DNA of 20,000 nt from Reclinomonas americana ATCC 50394 (taxonomy: Eukaryota), in assembly GCA_048213135.1 (NCBI GenBank), contig PS015109.1, positions 116,400 to 136,399 on the forward strand, given 5' to 3'. The stretch's first letter is position 1, and each line of letters begins with the position of its first letter. A program made the translations under genes and the position numbers. Positions 1 through 10,278 of the stretch are shown here, piece by piece. Under the pieces are notes generated by a model, which did not search any database, was not told the DNA's origin, and saw only the letters and a program-made list of their open reading frames with translations.

Positions 1-3000
1 TGACGGATAATGGCCGCCGGAGCACCACCATCGTTGCTGCGATCGGCGGCGTAAATATTGCCGTCGGGGCAAACCGCCAGCGCGGTGATGACGTTGAATG
101 TGGCGGCCACACCGATAGAGTTGTCGGAGGCGCCGGGGTTCTCCGAGCCTGCCAGGCGACTCCACGAAGGCACCAAACGCACCGAGTTGCCACCGTCGGG
201 CACGTACTCCATAACAATACGGTACAAAGCGTGGCCATCGAGGCCAACTCCGGCACTACTGTTGTAGTACACGGTGCAGTCGGCGGGATCCACGGCCACC
301 ACCGATGGCTCGTTCACGTTGAAGTCACTGGCCTTGCCACTTATTACGGGCGTGCCACTCACAGACGCCGACTTGACAACAAGCGTTTGCACTTCCATCG
401 ATACCAGATCGATGAGGCGGAGTGCGTTGTTTCCGGTATCTTGTGAGTGCGTGATTGTTAGTGATNNNNNNNNNNNNNNNNNNNNNNNNNNNNNNNNNNN
501 NNNNNNNNNNNNNNNNNNNNNNNNNNNNNNNNNNNNNNNNNNNNNNNNNNNNNNNNNNNNNNNNNNNNNNNNNNNNNNNNNNNNNNNNNNNNNNNNNNNN
601 NNNNNNNNNNNNNNNNNNNNNNNNNNNNNNNNNNNNNNNNNNNNNNNNNNNNNNNNNNNNNNNNNNNNNNNNNNNNNNNNNNNNNNNNNNNNNNNNNNNN
701 NNNNNNNNNNNNNNNNNNNNNNNNNNNNNNNNNNNNNNNNNNNNNNNNNNNNNNNNNNNNNNNNNNNNNNNNNNNNNNNNNNNNNNNNNNNNNNNNNNNN
801 NNNNNNNNNNNNNNNNNNNNNNNNNNNNNNNNNNNNNNNNNNNNNNNNNNNNNNNNNNNNNNNNNNNNNNNNNNNNNNNNNNNNNNNNNNNNNNNNNNNN
901 NNNNNNNNNNNNNNNNNNNNNNNNNNNNNNNNNNNNNNNNNNNNNNNNNNNNNNNNNNNNNNNNNNNNNNNNNNNNNNNNNNNNNNNNNNNNNNNNNNNN
1001 NNCCACCGTGGGCGACATTACCGGATACCCGTCGTTGCCATTGACCAGGCCATTGGAGCCTGCCGTGCCCGCCAGCGTGGACGCAGTGTACTGACCGGAG
1101 CCGGGCATAGTTTCGGTGAGACGACGCACAATGTGCGTGCCCGACTGCGTCGTCGTGCAGCAGGCAAATGAGGTCACACGAGCATGAGAATGAATAGAGG
1201 AGCCATATGCAACAACACAACGCAACATCAGTCACGTAAAAGTCCAGAGGTCCGCTGTAGTTGGGCGTCAGAGCCGTGTACGGCGGTGGACCAGTCACGA
1301 TACTGACTGGAGATGAGTGCTTGCCTACGGAGGGACCACCAGCTGTCGAGCCCGCCATGTTGGCCGTGCCGGAGAGGATGGCGGTCATGTAGTCGAAATC
1401 GGTGTGGTCTGTTGTATACTGAAGATCCACCGTTGCCGCCTCGCCAAAATTGTTGTACGCCGCAGTAACGGTGACGGAGGTGTTGGTGGCGGTGCGCGCA
1501 GACACATACGTGTCTTCGAATGTGGGGCGTTGAGCGGTGCGGAACGCGGCAGAGAGAGTTGCGTGCCACATGACAGGCAGCGACTTGAGAGTCACCGACG
1601 ACGGATCCACAGCGTACTCCGACGGCTGCGTGCGCACGGCTACCATGCGGTAGAGCACCAAGGTGTTCGGCGCCAGACCTGTCACCGAAGCACTCACAGA
1701 GTTGACGCTGGAGAGATCGGTCAGCGGCGTGGCCGCCGTCAGGTGGGTCACGGGCATCTGAATTCGCCGGATTGAATCGCTGGCAGCCTGATCACAAGCA
1801 AATTCGTGAGACTGCTGGCACAATGCGGAGAGCCATAGGGCATGAACCACGCAACATCCGCGACATAAATTGCTCGATTGTACTCGTCGAACACCAGTCC
1901 GGTGGGTAAATTGAAGGAAGCCAAGGGTCCATCTGTGTTGCCGAATTGGAAATAGCTGCCGGCTAGCGTAGTGACAGACACGTTGTTGTTGAGGAGGCGA
2001 ATCTCGCGAATGGTACCAGCAGAATCCGACACGACGATGCGACCACTGCGTTGACCAATCGCGATACCCTCCAGCTGCTGGAACCGAGCCGAGTTCTTGT
2101 CGCCATCAGCACCACCGTTGGTTGTCACACTACCGGCGATGGTCACCACAGAGCGCGCGTAGGGGCTAAACACTCGCACCGTGTATCGATCGCAAATGAA
2201 CAGTTGCCCGCCGGAATTCACCGCCAGTCCACTAGGCCTGGTGAATAGCGCCCCTGTGCCAGTGCCGTCCACAGTGGAGGGTGACGCGAACATGGAGGGG
2301 TCACCGGCAACAGTATTGACATAGCCTGCGGGGCGACAGAATAGTCAAAATAGAGGGCAAGGCGACGACAAGAAGGAGGAATGGCGTGCGTACCAGTGGC
2401 AGGGTCGTAGCTGCGGATAACTTTGATGCCCGCGTCGGCAATGTACAGAACTCGGCGGTTCTGGTCGAACGCCAATTCCACCGGCGTACCAAATCGCGCA
2501 TCCGTCCCAAAGCCATCAGTGTGCATGGTACCGACTGTGAAGGTACCAGCCACTGTCGACGTGACGCACGGTGTTGACGAGCAGTCGAGGCGGCGAATGG
2601 AACGATTTGTCACGTCGGCCACATACAAGTGTGAACGATCGCGGTCCCACGCCAACCCTTGTGGATGACAGAAGCGCGGTGGCGAGTCGGACATGGGGTC
2701 GCAGGTACCATCATGACACGAACCGTAATCATACAAAGAACCGGTGCCGAGCGTCCACGCCGTAATACAGTTCACGGATTGCTTGGTAATGTAAAACGTG
2801 GTGCTGCCTGAGCTGCTGTCCGTCTGCACAATTCCCCGGGGGTAAAAGGGCACGCCAAGGACCGTGTATGTGGTCGGCTTGAAGCTCCACTGATCGGTCG
2901 TATACTCGAATGCCGCGCTCATGAAAGACGACGCTCCGAGCGTGGTGGCCGTTCCCCGAAGCGTAGCGCTCGTGGCCGTCCCATCCGCCGCACCCACTAT

Positions 3001-5610
3001 TGACAGGGAGGGCAAGAACCCGGTGGAACACACACCACCAGTGGTGGCGCGCGACAGCAACTGAGTGGAGGGATTGCGCAACATGAAATTGACCGTGTAC
3101 GAACTCGCCGGCGCCAGATCCTCGATGCGCACCGAGAACGACGTGGTTGAAGTCGGAAAGGTGGTGACGTAGATGCGAGGGCGGCGTGGTAGCGACGCAG
3201 TGCGCAGCGTCTGCGACGAAAAGGGGGAGGAAAGGGGAAAGGGATTAGAAGGGAGGGAGGAGAGGGGAAAGGGGAGGAGAGGGAAAGGGTACACGAAGGA
3301 AGGGGAAAGGGGATGAAGGGGATAAGGGGAAGTGAGCGAGGAAGGGAGAAACAGAGAGAGGGAGGTAAAATGAACTCGACGAAGTGGCAGGAGGAGAGCG
3401 AGTAATATGGGACAGGAGGGATTGAGTGACATCGAGAAAGTGAGGGAAACACGCGACAAGAAGATGGAAGTGAAAAAGGGACAGCAAGAGAGTACCTACA
3501 TGAGCTCGATGTGACAGGAAGAGACTGAGTAATATTAGACAGGGGGAATGGAGTGACATCGAGATAGCTCTCTCTCTCTCTCCCTCTCTGAGAGGGTACG
3601 CAACGTGCGCAACGCGGTCGACAATGATCACTCGATACGGTGTGTCACTGATGTAGACCAGATCGGTGGGCGCCAGAAACGCCGCATTGGCCGAGCGGCC
3701 GTCCATGTTGGCATTCACACTCGGGTTGCCGCCCGCAGTGGTGACGGCTCCGAGAAGGGTCACTTCTCGAATGACTCGTGCGTCGCGGTCGGCCACCAGC
3801 AGATAGCGAGTTTGCTCCAGCTGGTTGTTGACATAAGTGATGCCAGTCGGCGCCGTGAATCGCGCCGCACTGCCGACGCCATTGGTCACACCAGCGGCGG
3901 CTGTCGGGTCGCCGGCAATCGTGTCCACAGCGCCCGACGACAAATCGATCTTGCGCACCACCCGCGCCGTCGTGTCAGTGAGGAACAGGGTGGGCGTGCC
4001 GGCGAGATCGGCCATGACCATGCGGCCGGGTGATACGAAGCGCGCATTCGTGCCGACATCGTCGACATTGGCCGACATGCCCAGTGCGCCATACGGCGTC
4101 GTCACCACAAACGTGCTGCCGAGAACAACGCTGACCTTGCGAATGGCGTTGTTGCCGGAGTCGGCCACGTACAAGTCGTCGAAGGACGAATTGTTGGAGT
4201 TGCGCGCCAGACCGCTGACGGTGGATGAGAAGCGCGCCGCCGCGCCGGTGCCGTCACTGGAGCCGCAAGTGCCCGCCGTGCCCGCAAAGTGTGAAATGAT
4301 GCCCGTGGCGCCGGTGATGTTGATGAGGGAGCAGGAGGACTGGAAATAGGGGAAGGGGGGAGGAGGGGGAAGGAGGGGGCAAGTAAGGGGGAGGGGAAGG
4401 AAAGGGGAGGAGGGGAAGGAGGGGGGAGGAGAAGGGGGAGGGAGAAGGAGTAGAGTAGAGAAGGGGGAAGGAGGGNNNNNNNNNNNNNNNNNNNNAAGAG
4501 AGGGAAGAGAGGGGAAGAGAGGGGAAGATGAGAGAAAGAGGAATGAGATGGAGAGAGAGCGCGCGAGAGAGAAAAGAGAGAACAAGAAAGAGACGTTCAG
4601 ACGAAGAAAGAGCGAGAGGGAGAGAGAGAGAAAGGAATGCGAGCGAAACAGTGCGTGGAGAATGAGACTAGGAGAGCAAGTGATGACGATATGAATGTGT
4701 GTGCTAGACTCTCCGCGGACGCAACATCGCCGACAAAAAGCGCAGTGGAGGATGTGGCGTAATCGCGGCCGACAGCCACAACAACTGGCGACGACAGCTT
4801 GCCGACACCAACGGCGCCATTCGTCAACCCCGACGACATTAGGGTGCCGGCGTAGGTGGCCGTGTTGCCACTTACATCCAACGTGCGGATCACGTGATTG
4901 TTTCTGCACAGAGGGAAGACACAGAGAGAGTGTGAGCGACGAAGGAACGATCGACATTGGGAAGACAGCAAAATCAACAGGAAAGTGGCGTGGAGAGAGA
5001 GCGATGCAAACAGGAGTGAGAGTTAAGGGAGCGACGAAGGAGCGACTAACATGAAGAGAGAGGTAACGAGCAACAGAGTTGAGAGACAGTTACAACGGAG
5101 TGACAGAGATGCGATGGCAGGAGCGCGATGCCAACGACAAGGAGGCAATCACAGGGAGAGGAACAGCGATAGAGATGTGGCACACACACACACGCAAGTG
5201 ACTGCAACGCAACGTATCCGCGACATACAACGTGCTCGTCACCGTGTCGTACGCCACACCCGATGGCGTATCAAACCGCGCACCTGTGCGCTGTCCATTC
5301 GTTGTGCCCGGCGTGGACACACCGCCAGCAAAGGTCACCACATTGAGCTGCATGTCATCGCCGATACCATACTCGGCGTAGAGATTCGTGCCAGCCGGTG
5401 GTGAGAACCCATTCAGATTGATCGTGCCCGACAGAGCGCAGCTGGTCGGATCAGAGTGCATGGTATCCGACGACGACATCGAGAAGGTCGGTGTGGCAAT
5501 CAGCCCATTCACCACATGCACCACCATCAGCAATGCCGCAATCAACCAAATGGATGCTGATGACGCGCGGAACGACGAAAAGGCGCGTTGTCGATGCGCG
5601 TGTGACGCAC
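1..5610 (-). CDS. Large secreted/surface NHL-repeat (beta-propeller) and FN3-like protein, multi-exon, 3' end beyond window. Exons: 5610-5214, 4903-4726, 4339-3605, 3210-2394, 2325-1856, 1787-1227, 1144-1003(gap), 439-<1. First coding exon uncertain (possible ATG at 5800).
   Basis: Frame-consistent GT-AG joins restore NHL motifs (YVADTNNHVIR, YVADSGNNAIRKV, YVADVTNRSIRRL, YVTDSGTHIVRRL, DTGNNALRLID; DGTGAAARF, GFGTDARFGTPVELAFD). Signal-peptide-like IWLIAALLMVVHVVNG. FN3-like strands TSATLRGT..FEY and LAPASSYTV / GLAPNTLVLYR. Confidence 0.88.
3368..3567. repeat. Degenerate ~70 nt direct repeat pair inside an NHL-gene intron
   Basis: gagtaatat..gacagg.ggga.tgagtgacatcgaga occurs at about 3400-3437 and 3527-3564. 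Confidence 0.7.
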
Positions 5611-6279
5611 CTGCGCAAGAAAGAGAGAGACAGAAAAGGAGACAAAAGAAGAAATGCGTCAATAAATCAATGTGTTTTCTCTCCTCTGTGTGTGCATCAG
5701 CGTGTGTGTGACAGAGAGCATGGCGCACACATACACACACACGAGAGAGAGAGAGAGAGAGCGCGCACGCAGGGGAAAAAAGACACACAATACTACTCAT
5801 GTTCGCACTCACTGAATCCTGCGTTCGTAATGTGTGCATTGAATGTGTTGTCATGCTCACCATGACGCGGGCGGACAGCGTGCATGCAAGCCACACGCAC
5901 GCACACACGCACACACAATAAAAGGCGCGTCGATAAAGTGCGAAAAGAGTCGAGCAAAGTCCGGAGGAAATTTCATGTTCTTCTGGACACATTCTGTAAA
6001 TCATCGGTTGATGGCTACAAGCACATAAGGAGGCGGCAAGGGCGCGCTCGCTTTGACAAGGGTCATCCGAGATGCAACAACAGAGGCCAGGACGTAAATA
6101 AATATATCCGAACTGTACATGTCGAAGTATTAGTGTGCTTCATGGTGATCACTTGCAACTGCGACAAGCTTCCCCGCATGTAGATGAAGCATATGCCGAA
6201 ACGAACAGCATGACGTGCAGAAAACAGAAGCCAAAGTGTTCAAAGTCTGAAATTTCGAATTCGAATTTCGAACATGTGC

Positions 6280-6780
6280 AGCAGTGTGCTTCACAGCGAC
6301 CTTCTGCTACGATATCAGTGCAAGGCGCATGTGCGCACAACAAAGGCGATAATTACTTTGGAAAAAAGAGCAGCACAAGCAACAGGAAACAAATGTCAAA
6401 ATGAATTCCGAGCATGCATGCATTTGCATTGCTGTGCTTCACGGCGAATTTCTGCAACTGTGCTGATGCGAGCCACGTGTGTACGCGACAACGGCGATGA
6501 TTACTTTGGACAAAAGAGCAGCACAACGTGCAGGAGACGAAAGTCAAAGTGAAAAATACATGACATGGTAGCATTGTGCTTCACGGCGATTTTCTGCAAC
6601 TTTACTAATGCGAGCCACGTGTGTACGCGACAACGGCGATGGTTACTTTGGAAAAAAGAGCAGCACAACATGCAGGAGACGAATTCGAAAGTCAAAGTGA
6701 ATTTCGGAACAAGTGCATGCAGCTGCAGTGTGCTTTTTGAGCGATACCCGTCGTATACCGCATGCGTACGCGACGAAGAC
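6280..6780. repeat. Degenerate tandem repeat, ~145 nt unit, about 3 full copies plus a partial, in the divergent intergenic region between the NHL gene and Tom7
   Basis: tgtgcttcac(g/a)gcga..ttctgc...gcgagccacgtgtgtacgcgacaacggcgat..ttactttgga.aaaagagcagcacaa starts near 6285, 6433 and 6575, with a partial copy near 6728. The first copy is the most diverged. Confidence 0.85.
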
Positions 6781-6878
6781 GACAAGCAGAAACAAGCAGC
6801 CTCGACAACTGTAAACGTGAGATTTCACAGGGTTACTGGAGGGTTACAAACACCCACATCACTTCACTCTGTTCCACA

Positions 6879-7322
6879 ATGGGCGTCGCGTCTTCCTCCG
6901 CAACAACCACATCCACCACCACAACGACGACCACGACGACTGCGGCAGCCTCTGCAGCGCCAGCGGGCGCACCGTCGTCGTCGTCGGTGATGGCCGATGA
7001 GGACTTTGCGCAGGCGTCGAGCGCCAGCTTGCCGGGCGAGAAGACCGTGGCGAAGAAGACGCTGCGACAGAAGGTGCTCGATGGGTTGCGCACGGGAGCG
7101 TATCACTGTTGCGTTGCACGAGGAGACAAGAGTGGTGAGCCATGTCGTCGCAACATGTGCACTGACTCTTTGTGTGTGTGTGTGTCAGTGGTGATTCCGG
7201 GTCTGTTGTTGTATGGATACTTGTCGGAGCCGTCGTACTCTCTGTGGGAGTTGGTGAGCCCGTTGCCGCAGAACCCCGAGGCGTTGCAGGCGCAGTCACA
7301 GCAGGCAGCTGCTGCTGAGTAA
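6879..7322 (+). CDS. TOM7: Mitochondrial outer membrane translocase subunit Tom7. Exons 6879-7107 and 7189-7322 (81 nt in-frame intron). Alternative start ATG at 6990.
   Basis: Spliced core KVLDGLRTGAYHLVIPGLLLYGYLSEPSYSLWELVSPL matches the Tom7 pattern (H..IP hydrophobic helix G..SxP..LxxLxSP). Intron has GTTGCG donor, ctgac branch-like motif and tgtcag acceptor. Confidence 0.8.
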   Translation: MGVASSSATTTSTTTTTTTTTAAASAAPAGAPSSSSVMADEDFAQASSASLPGEKTVAKKTLRQKVLDGLRTGAYHCCVARGDKSGEPCRRNMCTDSLCVCVSVVIPGLLLYGYLSEPSYSLWELVSPLPQNPEALQAQSQQAAAAE

Positions 7323-7420
7323 TCTCTCTCTTTGTGTGTGTGTCTTAGTGGAAGGCGTTGGCAGGGTGGTATACTCTCTGCGAGAATGTCGGCGGTGGGG
7401 CTTAGGTGTTAGAATACATT

Positions 7421-7503
7421 TGTGTGTGTGTGTGTGTGTGCATTGGGAATCGATGTGATTGTGCTTGGGGGAGTGGGAAGTGAGAGAGAGAGAGAGAGAG
7501 AGA
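7421..7503. repeat. (TG)n and (GA)n microsatellites next to an assembly gap
   Basis: Seen directly. Confidence 0.9.
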
Positions 7504-7599
7504 GGAGCAGACNNNNNNNNNNNNNNNNNNNNNNNNNNNNNNNNNNNNNNNNNNNNNNNNNNNNNNNNNNNNNNNNNNNNGAGCTTCTGTGCGCTTCTG

Positions 7600-8290
7600 T
7601 GCGAGAGTGCTTTGCCATTGAGGGATAGTTGGGCAGTAGTCTGCTTTGCATTCCGAGTGATGCGAGTGAGAAGGCGAGGATTCGCTTGCAGAGCAGACTG
7701 CGGCCTGCATGCATTCCGCTTGTTGTCGAGTGAGAAGGCGTCGAGTCGTACATTGCTTGCGCTGTGCCGCATTCTGCATCTTGTACGAGTGAGAAGGCGA
7801 GAATTCACTGCTCGGCATACATGGTGCACCTTGTTAGTGGCGAGAATGCGAGTGAGAGGGTCGCGTGCGCTAACTCTGCTTTGCGTTCTTCATGTTTGCA
7901 CCTTGTTCAGTGGCAATTGGAATGGCGAGAGTTCACTTGCAGAACATGCAGCCTCGTGTTGACAAGCTCGGTGCACCTTGTCATAGGCGAGAATGCGAGT
8001 GGGAAGGCGCTGTACTCGCTACGCTTCGCATTGCACCTTGTTCAGTGGCAAGTGGAGAGGCGAGGATGGCCTATATACTTTCCGCTTGTTGGTATTCACA
8101 TTGCACGTTGTCGGAGGCGAGTGAGCGGTCTTGTTTGATGTTCGCAGGCGAGAATTCGCTTGTGCTGCATGCAGCAATCTGCTATTCGTTCTTCATGTCG
8201 AGTGTGTTGCATTAGGTGGCTTGCACTGAGAGGAGAAAGAATTCTATGCTGTATTTCGCGCGTGTGGTGCACCTGCAGTTGTGAGATCGA
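7600..8290. repeat. Degenerate minisatellite (~60-75 nt monomers) between the convergent Tom7 and F-box genes
   Basis: gagtgagaaggcg at about 7665, 7728 and 7787; tgcac(c/g)ttgt...ggc(g/a)a at about 7825, 7897, 7972, 8032 and 8102. Confidence 0.75.
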
Positions 8291-8355
8291 CATTTAAGGG
8301 TGCTGCACTTCCCTTTGCGTGCCGAGAAGGGATACATCGGGAGATTTCTATTGTT

Positions 8356-8361
8356 TTATTC
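8356..8361 (-). promoter_or_regulatory. Putative polyadenylation signal AATAAA at the F-box stop codon (approximate position)
   Basis: Minus strand reads ...CCA TGAATAAAAC. Confidence 0.35.
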
Positions 8362-10081
8362 ATGGTACATCGGCGGCATCTGGATTGGTGCTGACGAGGA
8401 CGCCAGTTCCTTCCCACTGTGGCGGTCGCACGTGAGGGCTGGTTGTCTCTTTCACTCTGCTTCTTGTGCTCACGACAAGAAATATTGGTCTTCGACGGCT
8501 CCCTTCATGTCGCTGTCTCTCGCTCTGCATTCTGTGTTGTCGTTGTCGTTATTCTCCTTCTCCTCTCTCTCTCTCTCTTCGAAAGGAGAAGTGCAGAGAG
8601 AGACTGCAGTGCTGCTACCTCAATTCTCTCTCTCTCTCTCCGTCTCTCTCTCCCTCCGTCTCTCTCTCTCTCTTTCTCTCTGAGGTTGCCCTACAGAAGA
8701 GATTGCGTCTTATCGTTGCTTTCAAGTGCATTGCGCGTCTTCAGTGCGCCTTCCATGATACTCTCTCTCTCTCTCTCTCAGTCGATGTCGTGCACCCTTG
8801 AGGTTGCGACATCTTATCCTTTCTCTCAACTGCATTACTTGTCGTCAGTGCGCCTTCCTCGACACACTCTCTCTCCCTCCCTCTCTCCCTCCCTCCCTCC
8901 TTCTCTCTCCCTCCCCTCCCCTTCCCCCCTCTCCCTCTTCCCACTCAACTGCCTGCTGGTCATCCGGCACGCCCGTTCGCATGCCGAGTCCAGTCCATTG
9001 CATGCGCACCTCCCCGGTGAGCACGTCAAGCTCGCACTCTGCGTACAGTGGAGTGAGAAAACGAAAGCACCTGCACTCCCCCGCTGTCTCCAACCCGCGC
9101 AACTGTACTCGATCTTGCCGCTGGGGCCGAGAAAGATGAGCATGTTGCCGGCGGCTACGCGATCCCAGTTCTGCAGTTCTCTCTCAGTAAGAAAGAGAGG
9201 GAGGCTCACACGCGCAAACCGCCCGCTGCGCACCTGCTTGATGCGATACTCGTCGTAATGCACGCCGACACTCGTCGTGCCGTCGGTGTTTGGCCGCGTC
9301 ACGCGACCGCGCAGCAAGACAACTGGCAACACGAGAGGGGTCAGCGTCCATACAACCAATCATTCGACAATCTCAAGTCGCCGCAACTGGCGCTCTGCGA
9401 GCCCTGGAGTGGAAAGATGGAGCGACCGGAGAACTCGCCGCCCTCGATGCGATCGATCGCCACCCGCACTGGAATCTGCTCGTCGATATCAAACTGGTAC
9501 ACGTGCCCATCAAACACCAGCCGCGACTGCCCCGTGATGCCAATGGCGTCGCCGACGTGCGCCAACGCGCGCAGCTCTCGCGACACTCGCACGGTCGATT
9601 CGCGTTGCAGGAGGTGCCGCAGTACGGGACTCGCTCGGAGAAACTCCCACCACGACATGCTGCGAGGGCGGTGAGCAGCACAAAAGGATGCAGAGTGTAC
9701 CAATGAAACAGGGCGCACCGTTGTCGTCCACCGTCCACAAAGGGCGGTTGCAGCGCGGGTTGTGGCTGGTCGACTGCTGTGATCGTGAGGATCCGAAGAC
9801 AACTCGAGCGCAGGTGACAGGAGAGAGCACGCAGCCTTCATGTGCTTGGTAGGGCCACATGGCAGTGACAAGGCGACTCCACAGTGCGTCGCTCGTGCAC
9901 ACGCGGTTCCACAGGCGACACACCAGCGTCGTTTTCTGTGAATAAAAGGTTGTCAGTGAGTCACCCACTCTCCCGTGTGTGTTGCCTCGTTCCTCTCAAC
10001 TCGCAGAATGTCGGCACGTGGTCTCAGGAACGAGAAGATGAGGGCGAACACGCCGAGGTCTTCGTACCCGAGGAGAAACAT
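8360..10081 (-). CDS. F-box protein, ~270 aa. Exons 10081-10001, 9935-9836, 9776-9719, 9659-9388, 9322-9234, 9170-9104, 9038-8950, 8416-8360.
   Basis: N-terminus DLGVFALIFSFLRPRADILRKTTLVCRLWNRVCTSDALWSRL is a typical F-box. All joins are frame-consistent. The stop TGA overlaps an AATAAA. The exon 2/3 boundary is ambiguous (GC donor model). Confidence 0.8.
8681..8875. repeat. Degenerate ~80-90 nt duplication plus (CT)n tracts in the last F-box intron
   Basis: tgaggttgc...tcttatc...tgcatt...tcagtgcgccttcc...ctctctct starts at about 8681 and 8799. Confidence 0.7.
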
Positions 10082-10278
10082 GGGCGCGAAGTACAATGCA
10101 TGACAGGATGCAAGACACGACAGGACGCGCTGTGTAGTTCCTCTTTGCAGAGCTCTAACGCAGCAGTGTCTTTGCAGTGCATCCACTGCTAGCATGCTGA
10201 GTGGACGTCGCTGGTGGTCGTCCACATTCACCGATGCTCACCAGTTGCATCGGTTCATCTTGAAGGGTGGTGTGCCCC

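Noticed and set aside
3605-4349. Plus-strand ORFs overlapping NHL exons
   Set aside because: Antisense shadows of GC-rich coding sequence with no recognisable motifs.
6280-8290. Repeats resembling CRISPR arrays
   Set aside because: The units are degenerate along their whole length with no identical repeat plus unique spacer pattern. The context is eukaryotic and no cas genes are present.
8790-8830. Possible extra F-box exon (LRERIRCRNLK)
   Set aside because: It lies in a degenerate intronic duplication and ends in a phase incompatible with the terminal exon. The direct join 8950 to 8416 is in frame.
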